64,000 nucleotides of DNA from Pseudomonadota bacterium (GCA_021845905.1 JAJZVA010000005.1:36861-100860); one strand, 5' to 3'; shown: positions 20,429-28,839, numbered from the stretch's first letter. Made by a program: numbers and translations. Notes: a model not told the origin generated them from the letters alone.

Positions 20429-21406
20429 TCACGGGAAATAAATGACGCCTTTTTCGCGCTTTCTGACCGGCGGCGGAGGCACGTCCACTGGCATGTCGGC
20501 GGCGAGCTTGCCGTTGTCTTTTTCGTTGGCGGCGCGCTCGGCATCGGTGATCGAGCGTTTCAACAGCAACAGCGTGATGCGCCGGTTGCGCGGGCTTGCC
20601 GGGTTTGAGGCGATCAGCGGGTCGTGGTCGGCCTTGCCCTCCACGTCGTGCACCTGCGACATGTCGAGCCCGGAGGAGAGCATGACGCGGCGGCTGGCGT
20701 TGGCGCGGTCGGCGGAAAGCTCCCAGTTGGTGTAGGACGCGCCCTTGCCGTAGGGAACGGAGTCCGTATGCCCGCGGATGGAGATCTTGTTCGGCAGGTC
20801 CTTGACGATGCCGGTGATCATGCTGAGAAGCTGGACGGTTTGCGGCAGGGGTTTCGGGCTGCCGAGCGCGAACATCGGCTTGCCGTTGGTGTCGATGATC
20901 TGGATGCGCAGGCCCTCCGGCGTCATGTCCATCAGCAGGTTTTTCTCGTATTGCTTGAGGGCGGCGACGGCCTCGATCGATTTTTTGATGTCGCTTTCCG
21001 CTTTTTTGAAGGCGACTTCGTCCTTGTGGTCGAGCGTGGCGGCTTTTTGCGGGCTGTTGGGCGCGTTTTCGGTGTTGCCGTGCGGGCTGTTCTGGCTGAT
21101 GACGTTGTCGGCGGTTTTCGCGCCGCGCGGCGAGAGCGTCGTGCCGCCGAGCAGGCCGCCCGATCCGCTTTCGTTTTGCGCGATCAGCGGGCTGGTGGGC
21201 GAGAAATAATCGGCGATCTTTTCTTTTTCGGTGTTGGTGGTGACGCTGAGCAGCCACAGGAGCAGGAAGAAGGCCATCATCGCCGTCACGAAGTCCGCAT
21301 AAGCGACTTTCCACGCGCCGCCGTGATGGCCGCCGGCCACCTTTTTGACGCGCTTGATGATGATGTTCTGTTTCTCGTCGCCGCCTTTTTTTTCAGCTTC
21401 GGCCAT
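20429..21406 (-). CDS. motB: Flagellar stator protein MotB
   Basis: HHGGAWKVAYADFVTAMMAFFLLLWLL (plug/TM with conserved Asp) plus a C-terminal OmpA-like domain (ISIRGHTDSVPYG...NWELSADRANASRRVM). Confidence 0.9.
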   Translation of the reverse strand: MAEAEKKGGDEKQNIIIKRVKKVAGGHHGGAWKVAYADFVTAMMAFFLLLWLLSVTTNTEKEKIADYFSPTSPLIAQNESGSGGLLGGTTLSPRGAKTADNVISQNSPHGNTENAPNSPQKAATLDHKDEVAFKKAESDIKKSIEAVAALKQYEKNLLMDMTPEGLRIQIIDTNGKPMFALGSPKPLPQTVQLLSMITGIVKDLPNKISIRGHTDSVPYGKGASYTNWELSADRANASRRVMLSSGLDMSQVHDVEGKADHDPLIASNPASPRNRRITLLLLKRSITDAERAANEKDNGKLAADMPVDVPPPPVRKREKGVIYFP

Positions 21407-21416
21407 GAATAGGCTC

Positions 21417-22280
21417 CTAGGCTGCCGCTGTCAGGTTTTGCGTGGCTTCTTCGACTTCGAGGAAGGTCGGCTGGACGTCGTGCATCAGGATCTTGCGCCC
21501 GAACTCGATGGCGACCTGCGGCGCGGCGCCTTGCAAAAAGGCGAGCACGCAGGTCTTGATGCAAAGGATGTATTTGATTTCGGTGTCGGCGCGGTCCTGA
21601 ATGGCGCTGGCCGTGGGCGCGACGAAGCCGTAGGACAAGAACACGCCCATGAACGTGCCGCAGAGCGCGCCGCCGATCAGGTGACCGAGGACGGCCGGCG
21701 GTTCGGTGATCGAGCCCATGGTGTGAATGACGCCGAGAACGGCGGCGACGATGCCGAGCGCGGGCATGCCGTCCGCCATGGTTTGCACCGCGTGGGCGGT
21801 GTGGCTGCGCGCGGCGATCTCCGTGTCGATTTCCTGATCCATCAGCGCTTCGACCTCGTGCGGCTTTTCCGCGCCGAGCGAGATCAGCCTCAAGTAGTCG
21901 CAGAGAAAGGTGAGCGCATGATGGTTTTCGTAGAAGCTGGGGAATTTTTTGAAAAGGTCGCTTTCCTCCGGTTCCTCGATGTGGCGTTCGAGCGCGAGCC
22001 AGCCTTTTTGCCGCGCCGTCTTGAAGATGGTGAACAGCATGCCGAGCAGTTCTATATACTGCTCCTTGCCGTATTTGTCTTTCTTGTAGATCATCTTGAG
22101 ATCGTGGAAAGTCTGCTTCACCGTATGCCGCGAGTTGGCGACGAGATAGGCCATGCAGGCCGAGCCGCCGATCATCAGCCATTCAAACGGCTGGTAGAGA
22201 ACTTTCATGTTTCCGTCGTCGAGGACGTAGCCGCCGAAAACGCATAAGAGAACACCGATATTGCCGATAAGTTTAAACAT
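21417..22280 (-). CDS. motA: Flagellar stator protein MotA
   Basis: 287 aa, 4-TM MotA/TolQ/ExbB topology: ...MADGMPALGIVAAVLGVIHTMGSI...LGHLIGGALCGTFMGVFLSYGFVAP. Immediately upstream of motB. Confidence 0.9.
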   Translation of the reverse strand: MFKLIGNIGVLLCVFGGYVLDDGNMKVLYQPFEWLMIGGSACMAYLVANSRHTVKQTFHDLKMIYKKDKYGKEQYIELLGMLFTIFKTARQKGWLALERHIEEPEESDLFKKFPSFYENHHALTFLCDYLRLISLGAEKPHEVEALMDQEIDTEIAARSHTAHAVQTMADGMPALGIVAAVLGVIHTMGSITEPPAVLGHLIGGALCGTFMGVFLSYGFVAPTASAIQDRADTEIKYILCIKTCVLAFLQGAAPQVAIEFGRKILMHDVQPTFLEVEEATQNLTAAA

Positions 22281-22363
22281 TCATCTCCGCCTGTGTGATG
22301 GCTTGCGTCATAACCCTTATAGAACCCATACCGTGTCTAGTATGACCCAGCTTTTCCCGATCA

Positions 22364-23320
22364 TCAATCGTCAGTTGCGGATTCGGAGAAAACGCTTCCG
22401 ATAATGTCTTCTATAAGGGCGCGCGTTTTGCCGTTTTTGTCGTTATGGGGATTGAACTCGGCGATTTCGAGGGCTTTGAACAGCGGATGACGCGCCGCCG
22501 CTTTTATAATAGGTAAAACTTCGGCGGGATCGAGGCCTTCGTTCTCTGCTGTGCCGACGCCCGGCGCGTCTGCGGGATCGAAGCAATCAAGATCAATCGA
22601 GAGGCCGAATCCCGAGGTTCCCGCCGTCGCGCGGCGCAAGGCTTCGGCGTAGACGGTCTTGAAACCGCGCTGGCGCACTTCATCTAGGCCGTAGACGCGG
22701 ATATTATGTTTTTTTACGAAAGCGTCTTCCTGCGGCTCGAAGCTGTGGATGCCGATCATGCTGATGTGCTCTGGCGAGAGCTTTTGCTTCATGCCGCCAA
22801 GGCCGGTCAGTTGCGGCAATCCGTGGCCGAGCAGGGCGCTGACGGGCTGGCCGTGCCACCAGCCGCCCCACTTGCCGTATTTTGATGTTTCGTAGGTGTG
22901 CGCGTCGAGGTGGGCATCGAGCCAGATGAGACCGAAATTTCCTTCCGCGCGGAGTGCGGAGGCAACGCCCGACCATGTCCCCGCGGCGGATGTGTGATCC
23001 CCGCCGATAACGATAGGGATATGTTTTTTATCAATGGATTCTTTTATGCAGTTAAACAGTCTTGTTAAAGTTTCAGAGACGATGGGAAGCGTCATTTCCT
23101 TTGTTTTAAGCTGGTCGTGCCGACCGAGGAATTTAAGCCCCAGCGGGCCGCGCCATTTCGCGGTTACCCCGAGCGCGCGCAGCCTGTGCATGATCTGATC
23201 CGCGCGCAATGCGTAAGGGCCGTCTTCGCAAAGGTAATTGCCGCATCCCCAGCCGCTGTCATATCCGATGATCTCGGCGACGCGGGGAGGGGTTTGTTTA
23301 TTTTCGTTTATGGCATTCAT
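22364..23320 (-). CDS. Arginase/agmatinase/formiminoglutamase-family ureohydrolase
   Basis: Mn-ligand motifs IVIGGDHTSA, IWLDAHLDAHT, GLSIDLDCFDP, EIAEFNP. Substrate cannot be assigned from sequence alone. Confidence 0.85.
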   Translation of the reverse strand: MNAINENKQTPPRVAEIIGYDSGWGCGNYLCEDGPYALRADQIMHRLRALGVTAKWRGPLGLKFLGRHDQLKTKEMTLPIVSETLTRLFNCIKESIDKKHIPIVIGGDHTSAAGTWSGVASALRAEGNFGLIWLDAHLDAHTYETSKYGKWGGWWHGQPVSALLGHGLPQLTGLGGMKQKLSPEHISMIGIHSFEPQEDAFVKKHNIRVYGLDEVRQRGFKTVYAEALRRATAGTSGFGLSIDLDCFDPADAPGVGTAENEGLDPAEVLPIIKAAARHPLFKALEIAEFNPHNDKNGKTRALIEDIIGSVFSESATDD

Positions 23321-23475
23321 GGCGCATGCACCCTTTCTCCACAGTGAAGGATGGCGTGTGAAAAGTAAAGACGGCCCCGGCGGAGCATTGGCATATTTAT
23401 AGAAATTAGGTATTCCGGTTCTCTTTTTTGCCTTTTGCTGGGATACTCGTCTTTAGAGAAGCGCCGGGGGCCGTC

Positions 23476-24288
23476 ATGCTGATGTTGTGCTGGTTTTATT
23501 GTATTCCGCTTGCGAAGGGGTTTTTCTTCGCGTCGGGGCCGATGTTGCTGGTGCTCGCGCTGTTCGTGCTCAAGCGGGGCGTGCGCCAGTCGCGCGGCGG
23601 CCTGCGGCAGACGGCTTTCCTTTTCATGTTCGCGGCGCTGCTGAAGATGACGACGGTCGACGTTTATTTTTTGCGCATTTATCTGCTGTGCCGTTTCAAC
23701 CAGTGTCATGACAGCGGCTTCTTCAAGATGGTTCAGTCGGCGGGGCTGGCGGCGCTGGTTGTAGGCAGTTTTCTTTTGCTGTACATCTATCGCGGTTTCG
23801 CGCACGATCGGCGGCAAAAGCCGATCACGCCGGAGCAGGCGCATTTGTCGTTTTGGGCGAATTTCGCGCTGATTTTGGTTTTGATGCTGGTCTTCTGGCT
23901 GGCCGCGCCGTGGGTCGGCTACCTGACGGTCGGGCACGTTCCGGCGTTTTTCATGCGCGTGCCGTGGCAGCGGCTGGCAGAGCTCGATGTCGTCGTGTTG
24001 CTCTACGGTTTCTGGAAGCTGGAGGACTGCACCTGGCTTTACGACCCGGAGGAGCATAAAAAGCGCGGCTACCGGATGAACGTCTGGACGGCGAAGGACA
24101 CGCTCTGGGTGTCGGTTGTTTTGTTCATGATCGCGCTCGGACTGTCTTATGTTTCGAACGATGTCCTCTCCATGTCCATGCCGCGCAAAAGCGAGAGCAT
24201 GCATATCAATCTCCACGGCGTCGATATCGAGCATCTCGGGCCGGGTTTCCAGCAGCCTGACCAGCAAAGCGCGCCCTTGTCGCCATAA
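23476..24288 (+). CDS. Hypothetical multi-pass membrane protein
   Basis: At least 5 hydrophobic helices (MLMLCWFYCIPLAKGFFFASGPMLLVLALFVL; TAFLFMFAALLKMTTVDVYFL; AGLAALVVGSFLLLYIY; FWANFALILVLMLVFWLAAPWVGYL; LWVSVVLFMIALGLSYV). The third codon position is strongly G/C-rich in this frame. The track start 23428 is TTG. Confidence 0.55.
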   Translation: MLMLCWFYCIPLAKGFFFASGPMLLVLALFVLKRGVRQSRGGLRQTAFLFMFAALLKMTTVDVYFLRIYLLCRFNQCHDSGFFKMVQSAGLAALVVGSFLLLYIYRGFAHDRRQKPITPEQAHLSFWANFALILVLMLVFWLAAPWVGYLTVGHVPAFFMRVPWQRLAELDVVVLLYGFWKLEDCTWLYDPEEHKKRGYRMNVWTAKDTLWVSVVLFMIALGLSYVSNDVLSMSMPRKSESMHINLHGVDIEHLGPGFQQPDQQSAPLSP

Positions 24289-24293
24289 AGAAA

Positions 24294-25286
24294 TCAGGCG
24301 CGGTAGAGCCACCAGTTCTTGCTGTTGATCGAGAAGATCGGCTGATAGCGGTCGACGTCGGCGACCGGCTCGACCCTTTTATCCTGATTGTCGAGGACGA
24401 AGTTGCCGTCGCCGAAATGGACGATGAGAATGGCGTGCGCGAGGTCTTCTATCTTGTCCTCGACAACCGCGATTTTGAGCTGGCTGGTCGAAAATCCGAG
24501 CGCACGCAAGGAGACGTATTTGGCGATGGCGTAGTCCTTGCAGTCTCCGCCGCTGTTGAAAAACCGCGTCGCCGTGGCGTGCCAGTAGCCGTATTTGCCG
24601 TAGACGTGCAGGTCGTCGACATAGGGGATGCTGTTCAGGAACTTGTTGATGCCGTCGATTTGCGCCGCGCGGGAAAGGCCTTTCAGTTTCCTGATCTCGT
24701 TCTGCCACATCACGATGCCGGGCGAGGTTGCGTTGGAATCTTCGAGTTGCGACTGAAAACTGTCGATCAGCGCCGACCATCTTCTGAAAGGGGCGATGTC
24801 GTTGGAGCGTGTCGCGTGCATGCCGAACAGTTCGGGGGATTGCGCCGCGGTTGTATTGCTGAATTGCGCCGCGGCGCCCGGAGGTTGAAACGTTGCTTCC
24901 TGCGCCCGGGCGGGCGTGGCGACGGCCGTTTGCGACAATATGACGATCCCCGCGGCGGCGGCGCGCATGCACCATTGTTCCGCCAGCGTTCTGTAGAGCT
25001 GGTGGGCGGTGACGGCTTTCTGGCGGATAAGGATGCGTCCGAGCTGTCCGCCCGATTCTTTCTGCGTTTCCAGCGCGTCATCAAGCTGCGCCCTGGAAAT
25101 AAGCCCGCTGCCGACCAGCAGGTCGCCGAGTTTGAAAGTTTTGATATTTCTCGTAAAAGCTCTGAAAAAGCTGTTCTTCAGGCCTGCATCGGCGTCCGTT
25201 TTGGACTTGCGGGAAGAAAATTTTTGCAACATAGTCTCCCTGTCATGGCTTTGGGGCGGTTCTGCCGGCGTGGTTTTCTGTGTCAT
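24294..25286 (-). CDS. BTLCP (LapG-like transglutaminase-like cysteine protease) with N-terminal tandem MshEN-like motifs and one hydrophobic segment
   Basis: Residues 52-104: KLGDLLVGSGLISRAQLDDALETQ-KESGG-QLGRILIRQKAVTAHQLYRTLAEQ. Residues 107-128: MRAAAAGIVILSQTAVATPARA. C-terminal domain: YWHATATRFFNSGGDCKDYAIAKYVSLRALGF...LAHAILIVHFGDGNFVLDN...YQPIFSINSKNWW (Cys249/His284/Asp299). An alternative start is Met19 (25232). Confidence 0.8.
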   Translation of the reverse strand: MTQKTTPAEPPQSHDRETMLQKFSSRKSKTDADAGLKNSFFRAFTRNIKTFKLGDLLVGSGLISRAQLDDALETQKESGGQLGRILIRQKAVTAHQLYRTLAEQWCMRAAAAGIVILSQTAVATPARAQEATFQPPGAAAQFSNTTAAQSPELFGMHATRSNDIAPFRRWSALIDSFQSQLEDSNATSPGIVMWQNEIRKLKGLSRAAQIDGINKFLNSIPYVDDLHVYGKYGYWHATATRFFNSGGDCKDYAIAKYVSLRALGFSTSQLKIAVVEDKIEDLAHAILIVHFGDGNFVLDNQDKRVEPVADVDRYQPIFSINSKNWWLYRA

Positions 25287-25330
25287 AACGTTTATTATTA
25301 TGCTTAATTATTAATAAAATATGAAAACCA

Positions 25331-25359
25331 TTGACAGAAATGCATATTCTTTATATATT
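25331..25359 (+). promoter_or_regulatory. Near-consensus sigma70-type promoter (TTGACA-17-TATATT) upstream of hldE
   Basis: TTGACA 25331-25336, 17-nt spacer, TATATT 25354-25359. It lies about 65 nt upstream of the hldE ATG 25424. Confidence 0.5.
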
Positions 25360-25380
25360 ACAATCTTATGTAATATATAA
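25351..25380. promoter_or_regulatory. Perfect 12-bp inverted repeat (candidate operator) overlapping the -10 element
   Basis: TTATATATTACA (25351-25362), 6 nt ATCTTA, then TGTAATATATAA (25369-25380). The arms are exact reverse complements. Confidence 0.5.
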
Positions 25381-25423
25381 GGTGGGGAAAAAGCTCATAG
25401 GGCTTATCAAAAAAGGCGTTTAA

Positions 25424-26902
25424 ATGTCTGAAAAAAATAAAAGTTTTGAAAATATAGAGAGTTTCTCCACGGCGCGCATCCTTTGTATTGGGGATGTGAT
25501 GCTGGATCAGTTTATTTACGGCGCGATCGAGCGTATTTCACCCGAAGCGCCGATTCCCGTATTGCTGGTCGAACGCGAGAAGCACATGCTCGGCGGCGCA
25601 GGAAACGTGGTGGCGAATGTGGCGGCGCTGGGCGCGAAGGCTGTCCTGGCGACGGTTGTCGGGGCGGACGCAACCGGCGTGGAAATCAAAAACCAGTTGA
25701 TGGCGCAGGGTATAGATTACATTTTGGAAACGGAAGCGGGCCGCGCGACGACCCGTAAAAGCCGTTTCGTCTGTGGGCCGCAGCAGGTTTTGCGCGTCGA
25801 CCGCGAGAAAACGGTGCCGGTTGCCGCCTCGACGGAAGGCAGAATGATCAGCCGCATATCAGACATCATGCCGCAGGCGGGAGTGGTTATTTTATCCGAT
25901 TATAAAAAGGGTCTGCTGACCGACAGGATCGTGGCGGAGGTCATCTCTTGCGCCCGTCAGCATGGCAAGCCGGTGATCGTCGACCCCAAGGGGCGCGATT
26001 TCGGCCGTTACCGCGGCGCAACGGTCATCACCCCAAATCGCAAGGAGCTTGAAGAAGCCACTGGAATGAAAGCGGAAACGGACGACGAAGTCCGCGCCGC
26101 CGCGATGAAGCTGATTGCCGATTGCGGCATCGATACAGTGCTTGCCACGCGCAGCAAGGACGGCATGACGGTTGTTTCCCGCGAGGCCGAGCCTCTGCAC
26201 ATTCTGGCGCAGGTGCGCGAAGTTTACGATGTTTCCGGCGCGGGCGATACCGTCGTTGCGACCTTTGCGGCGGGGCTTGCCGCGGGCATGCCGGTCAAGG
26301 ACGCCGCATGGCTGGCGAATGTCGCGGCGGGCATCGTCGTCGGCAAGCCGGGCACGGCGACGGCGCGGCTCGATGAAATACGCGCCGTTCTTGAGATGCG
26401 CGCGGTCACGGAGAAAACCTCCGCCGTCCGTCGCGCGCCGAAGCTGAGAACGGTTCAGGATGCGGCGACGCAGGCCGAGCGTCTGCATACGCGGGGCTTG
26501 AAAGTCGGTTTCACCAACGGCTGTTTCGATCTCTTGCATCCGGGTCATTTGTCGGTTTTGCGGCAGGCGCGGGCGGCTTGCGATTTCCTGATCGTCGCGA
26601 TCAACAGCGATGCATCGGTAAAAAGGCTCAAGGGTCCGTCGCGTCCGGTGCAGGGCGACGTCGCCCGCGCGGATATTCTCTCGGCGCTCGATATGGTGGA
26701 TATGGTCGTTGTTTTTGAAGAAGATACGCCTATAGAACTCATCCGTCAGATTAAGCCGGACGTCCTGATCAAAGGCGGGCAGTATAAGCTTGAAGAGGTT
26801 GTCGGTTATGATGTCGTCATGTCTTATGGTGGCACGATCGTGCGCGCGGATATGGAAGAAGGTTTCAGTACGACGGACACTATTTCCAGAATTAAAATAT
26901 AA
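25424..26902 (+). CDS. hldE: Bifunctional D-beta-D-heptose 7-phosphate kinase / D-beta-D-heptose 1-phosphate adenylyltransferase
   Basis: 492 aa. N-terminal ribokinase-like domain (ILCIGDVMLDQFIYG...DVSGAGDTVVATFAAGLAAG) plus C-terminal cytidylyltransferase domain (VGFTNGCFDLLHPGHLSVLRQAR). Confidence 0.95.
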   Translation: MSEKNKSFENIESFSTARILCIGDVMLDQFIYGAIERISPEAPIPVLLVEREKHMLGGAGNVVANVAALGAKAVLATVVGADATGVEIKNQLMAQGIDYILETEAGRATTRKSRFVCGPQQVLRVDREKTVPVAASTEGRMISRISDIMPQAGVVILSDYKKGLLTDRIVAEVISCARQHGKPVIVDPKGRDFGRYRGATVITPNRKELEEATGMKAETDDEVRAAAMKLIADCGIDTVLATRSKDGMTVVSREAEPLHILAQVREVYDVSGAGDTVVATFAAGLAAGMPVKDAAWLANVAAGIVVGKPGTATARLDEIRAVLEMRAVTEKTSAVRRAPKLRTVQDAATQAERLHTRGLKVGFTNGCFDLLHPGHLSVLRQARAACDFLIVAINSDASVKRLKGPSRPVQGDVARADILSALDMVDMVVVFEEDTPIELIRQIKPDVLIKGGQYKLEEVVGYDVVMSYGGTIVRADMEEGFSTTDTISRIKI

Positions 26903-27027
26903 CTTGCCCTTAATCCTGAATATCCCCATCTTATACCCATAATCAAAGATATCTGAAGGACTTGTTAATCCTTTTATGCCACGCTTAAGAGGGTAGGAGA
27001 GTCTTTAAGTGGGGTGCATCTTTGAAT

Positions 27028-28839
27028 ATGACTGATCATTCTGTGTCCAAAGAGAGAAATGTTCCGGTCAGCGGGCAGACGGCGGTTGTCAAAACCGGCA
27101 CGTCGGTCGAAGCGGCCGAGGAGATGATGCTCGACGACGGCAAGAAGTCGAAACGCATCGGCGACCGGCTTGTCGAACAGGGCGTGATCTCCATCGACCA
27201 GCTGAACGTCGCCCTGCATGAAAAACAGAAATCGGGAAAAATGATCGGCCAGATTCTGGTCGATCTCGGCTTCGTTTCCGAAGCGTCGCTCACCGCCTTT
27301 CTTTCGGAAAGCACGGGCTACCTGCAATTCGACGCCAAAAAGACCATGCTCGACCCCGAAGCGCTGGCGCTGATGACCAAAAAGGATGTGCTCAAATATC
27401 AATCCATCCCCATCACCGTCCTGCAGGATAAAAACCAGTTCAGGGTCGCCATGGTCGACCCCTATGACGTGCTGGCGCTCGACAAGCTCAAACAGCTCGT
27501 GCCGCGCGGCTACGAGATCATTCCCTTCGTCTGCCAGTCGTCTGTTTTTTCTGACATCGTGCACAGGGCCTACGGCGTCACGACCTCCATCGACGGCATC
27601 CTGAAAGAGCTGGCGGGCGACAAAACCGCCGCCAAGAAGAACATGGACAGCCTTTCGGAGGAAGAGGCCTACAGCCACCCGATCGTCCGCCTTGTCAACG
27701 CGATCATTTTCGAGGCGGTCAAGATCGGCGCGTCGGACATCCACTTCGAGCCGGAGGAAAATTCCCTGCGTGTCCGCAACCGCATCGACGGCGACCTCGT
27801 GGTGGCGCATGTCATTCACCGCGAATACTGGAACGGCATCTGCCAGCGCCTCAAGATCATGGCGGAGCTGAACATCGCCGACAAGCTCTCGCCGCAGGAC
27901 GGGCGCTTCGGCATGAACATGGGCGGGCGCGAGGCGGACTTCCGCGTCTCCTGCCTGCCGACGGTGCACGGCGAAAACATCGTGCTCCGCATTCTCGACC
28001 AGAACGCGAGCATCGTGCCGGTCGAGAAGCTCGATTTCAGCGAGAGCAACATGAAGCTGATCGAAAAAGTCCTCGCGCGCCCGGAAGGGATCGTCGTCGT
28101 GACCGGCCCGACCGGCTCGGGCAAGACAACGACGCTCTATTCGATGCTCAACGCCATCAATACGCCGGACGTCAACATCCAGACTCTGGAAGATCCGGTG
28201 GAATATTCGTTGCAGGGCATCCGTCAGTCGCATGTGCGCGACGGCGGCGGTTTTTCCTTCGGCGAAGGCATCAAGGCGCTGTTGCGCCAGGACCCGGACA
28301 TCATCTTCGTCGGCGAAATCCGCGACGAAGTGACGGCCGAGCAGGCGCTCAAAGCCGCGATGACCGGCCACCAGGTGTTCAGCTCGCTGCATACCAACGA
28401 CAGCTTCGGCGCCATTCCGCGTCTGGTCGATCTCGGGCTGCAACCGGCGATGCTGGCGGGGGCGATCATCGCCAGCTTCGCGCAGCGTCTCGTGCGGCGC
28501 GTCTGCCCGAAATGCAAGACGTCTTATCAGGCATCCGCGGAAGAATGCCGTCTGCTCGCGGCGGATCCTTCGGCGCCGCCGACGCTCTACAAGGGCGCGG
28601 GATGCGCCGAGTGCGGCGGCACGGGGTATAAAGGCCGTCTGGGCATTCATGAAATTCTCTATGTCGATGAAGAGCTTGAAGAGCTGATCGCCGCCAACCG
28701 CCCTATCGCCGAGATCAAGGCCGCCGCCCACAAAAAAGGCTTCAAGAACATGGCGGACGACGGCGTCGCCAAGGTCTATGCCGGGCTGACAACGCTGGAT
28801 TCCCTGATGAAATCGGTCAACTTCGCCAACAGAATGTAA
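27028..28839 (+). CDS. MshE/GspE/PilB-family secretion ATPase with N-terminal MshEN-like motif pair (orphan in this window)
   Basis: RIGDRLVEQGVISIDQLNVALHEK-QKSGK-MIGQILVDLGFVSEASLTAFLSES (27154-27312). Walker A VTGPTGSGKTTT, Walker B PDIIFVGEIRD, His box GHQVFSSLHTN, and tetra-Cys CPKC...CAEC. The track start 27022 is TTG and ATG is at 27028; alternative ATGs at 27124/27127 would place the motif near the N-terminus. Confidence 0.9.
   Translation: MTDHSVSKERNVPVSGQTAVVKTGTSVEAAEEMMLDDGKKSKRIGDRLVEQGVISIDQLNVALHEKQKSGKMIGQILVDLGFVSEASLTAFLSESTGYLQFDAKKTMLDPEALALMTKKDVLKYQSIPITVLQDKNQFRVAMVDPYDVLALDKLKQLVPRGYEIIPFVCQSSVFSDIVHRAYGVTTSIDGILKELAGDKTAAKKNMDSLSEEEAYSHPIVRLVNAIIFEAVKIGASDIHFEPEENSLRVRNRIDGDLVVAHVIHREYWNGICQRLKIMAELNIADKLSPQDGRFGMNMGGREADFRVSCLPTVHGENIVLRILDQNASIVPVEKLDFSESNMKLIEKVLARPEGIVVVTGPTGSGKTTTLYSMLNAINTPDVNIQTLEDPVEYSLQGIRQSHVRDGGGFSFGEGIKALLRQDPDIIFVGEIRDEVTAEQALKAAMTGHQVFSSLHTNDSFGAIPRLVDLGLQPAMLAGAIIASFAQRLVRRVCPKCKTSYQASAEECRLLAADPSAPPTLYKGAGCAECGGTGYKGRLGIHEILYVDEELEELIAANRPIAEIKAAAHKKGFKNMADDGVAKVYAGLTTLDSLMKSVNFANRM

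Noticed and set aside
20429-22280. Whether motA/motB could be ZorA/ZorB of a Zorya anti-phage system.
   Set aside because: MotA is 287 aa with no long coiled-coil tail, and MotB has the standard plug/TM plus an OmpA-like domain. No ZorC/D-like genes are adjacent. This is an ordinary flagellar stator.
23317-24312. 331-aa minus-strand ORF competing with the plus-strand membrane-protein ORF.
   Set aside because: Its product is extremely Arg/Gln/His/Glu-rich (the antisense image of Leu/Phe/Ala-rich helices). The plus frame has G/C-rich third positions and coherent TM helices.
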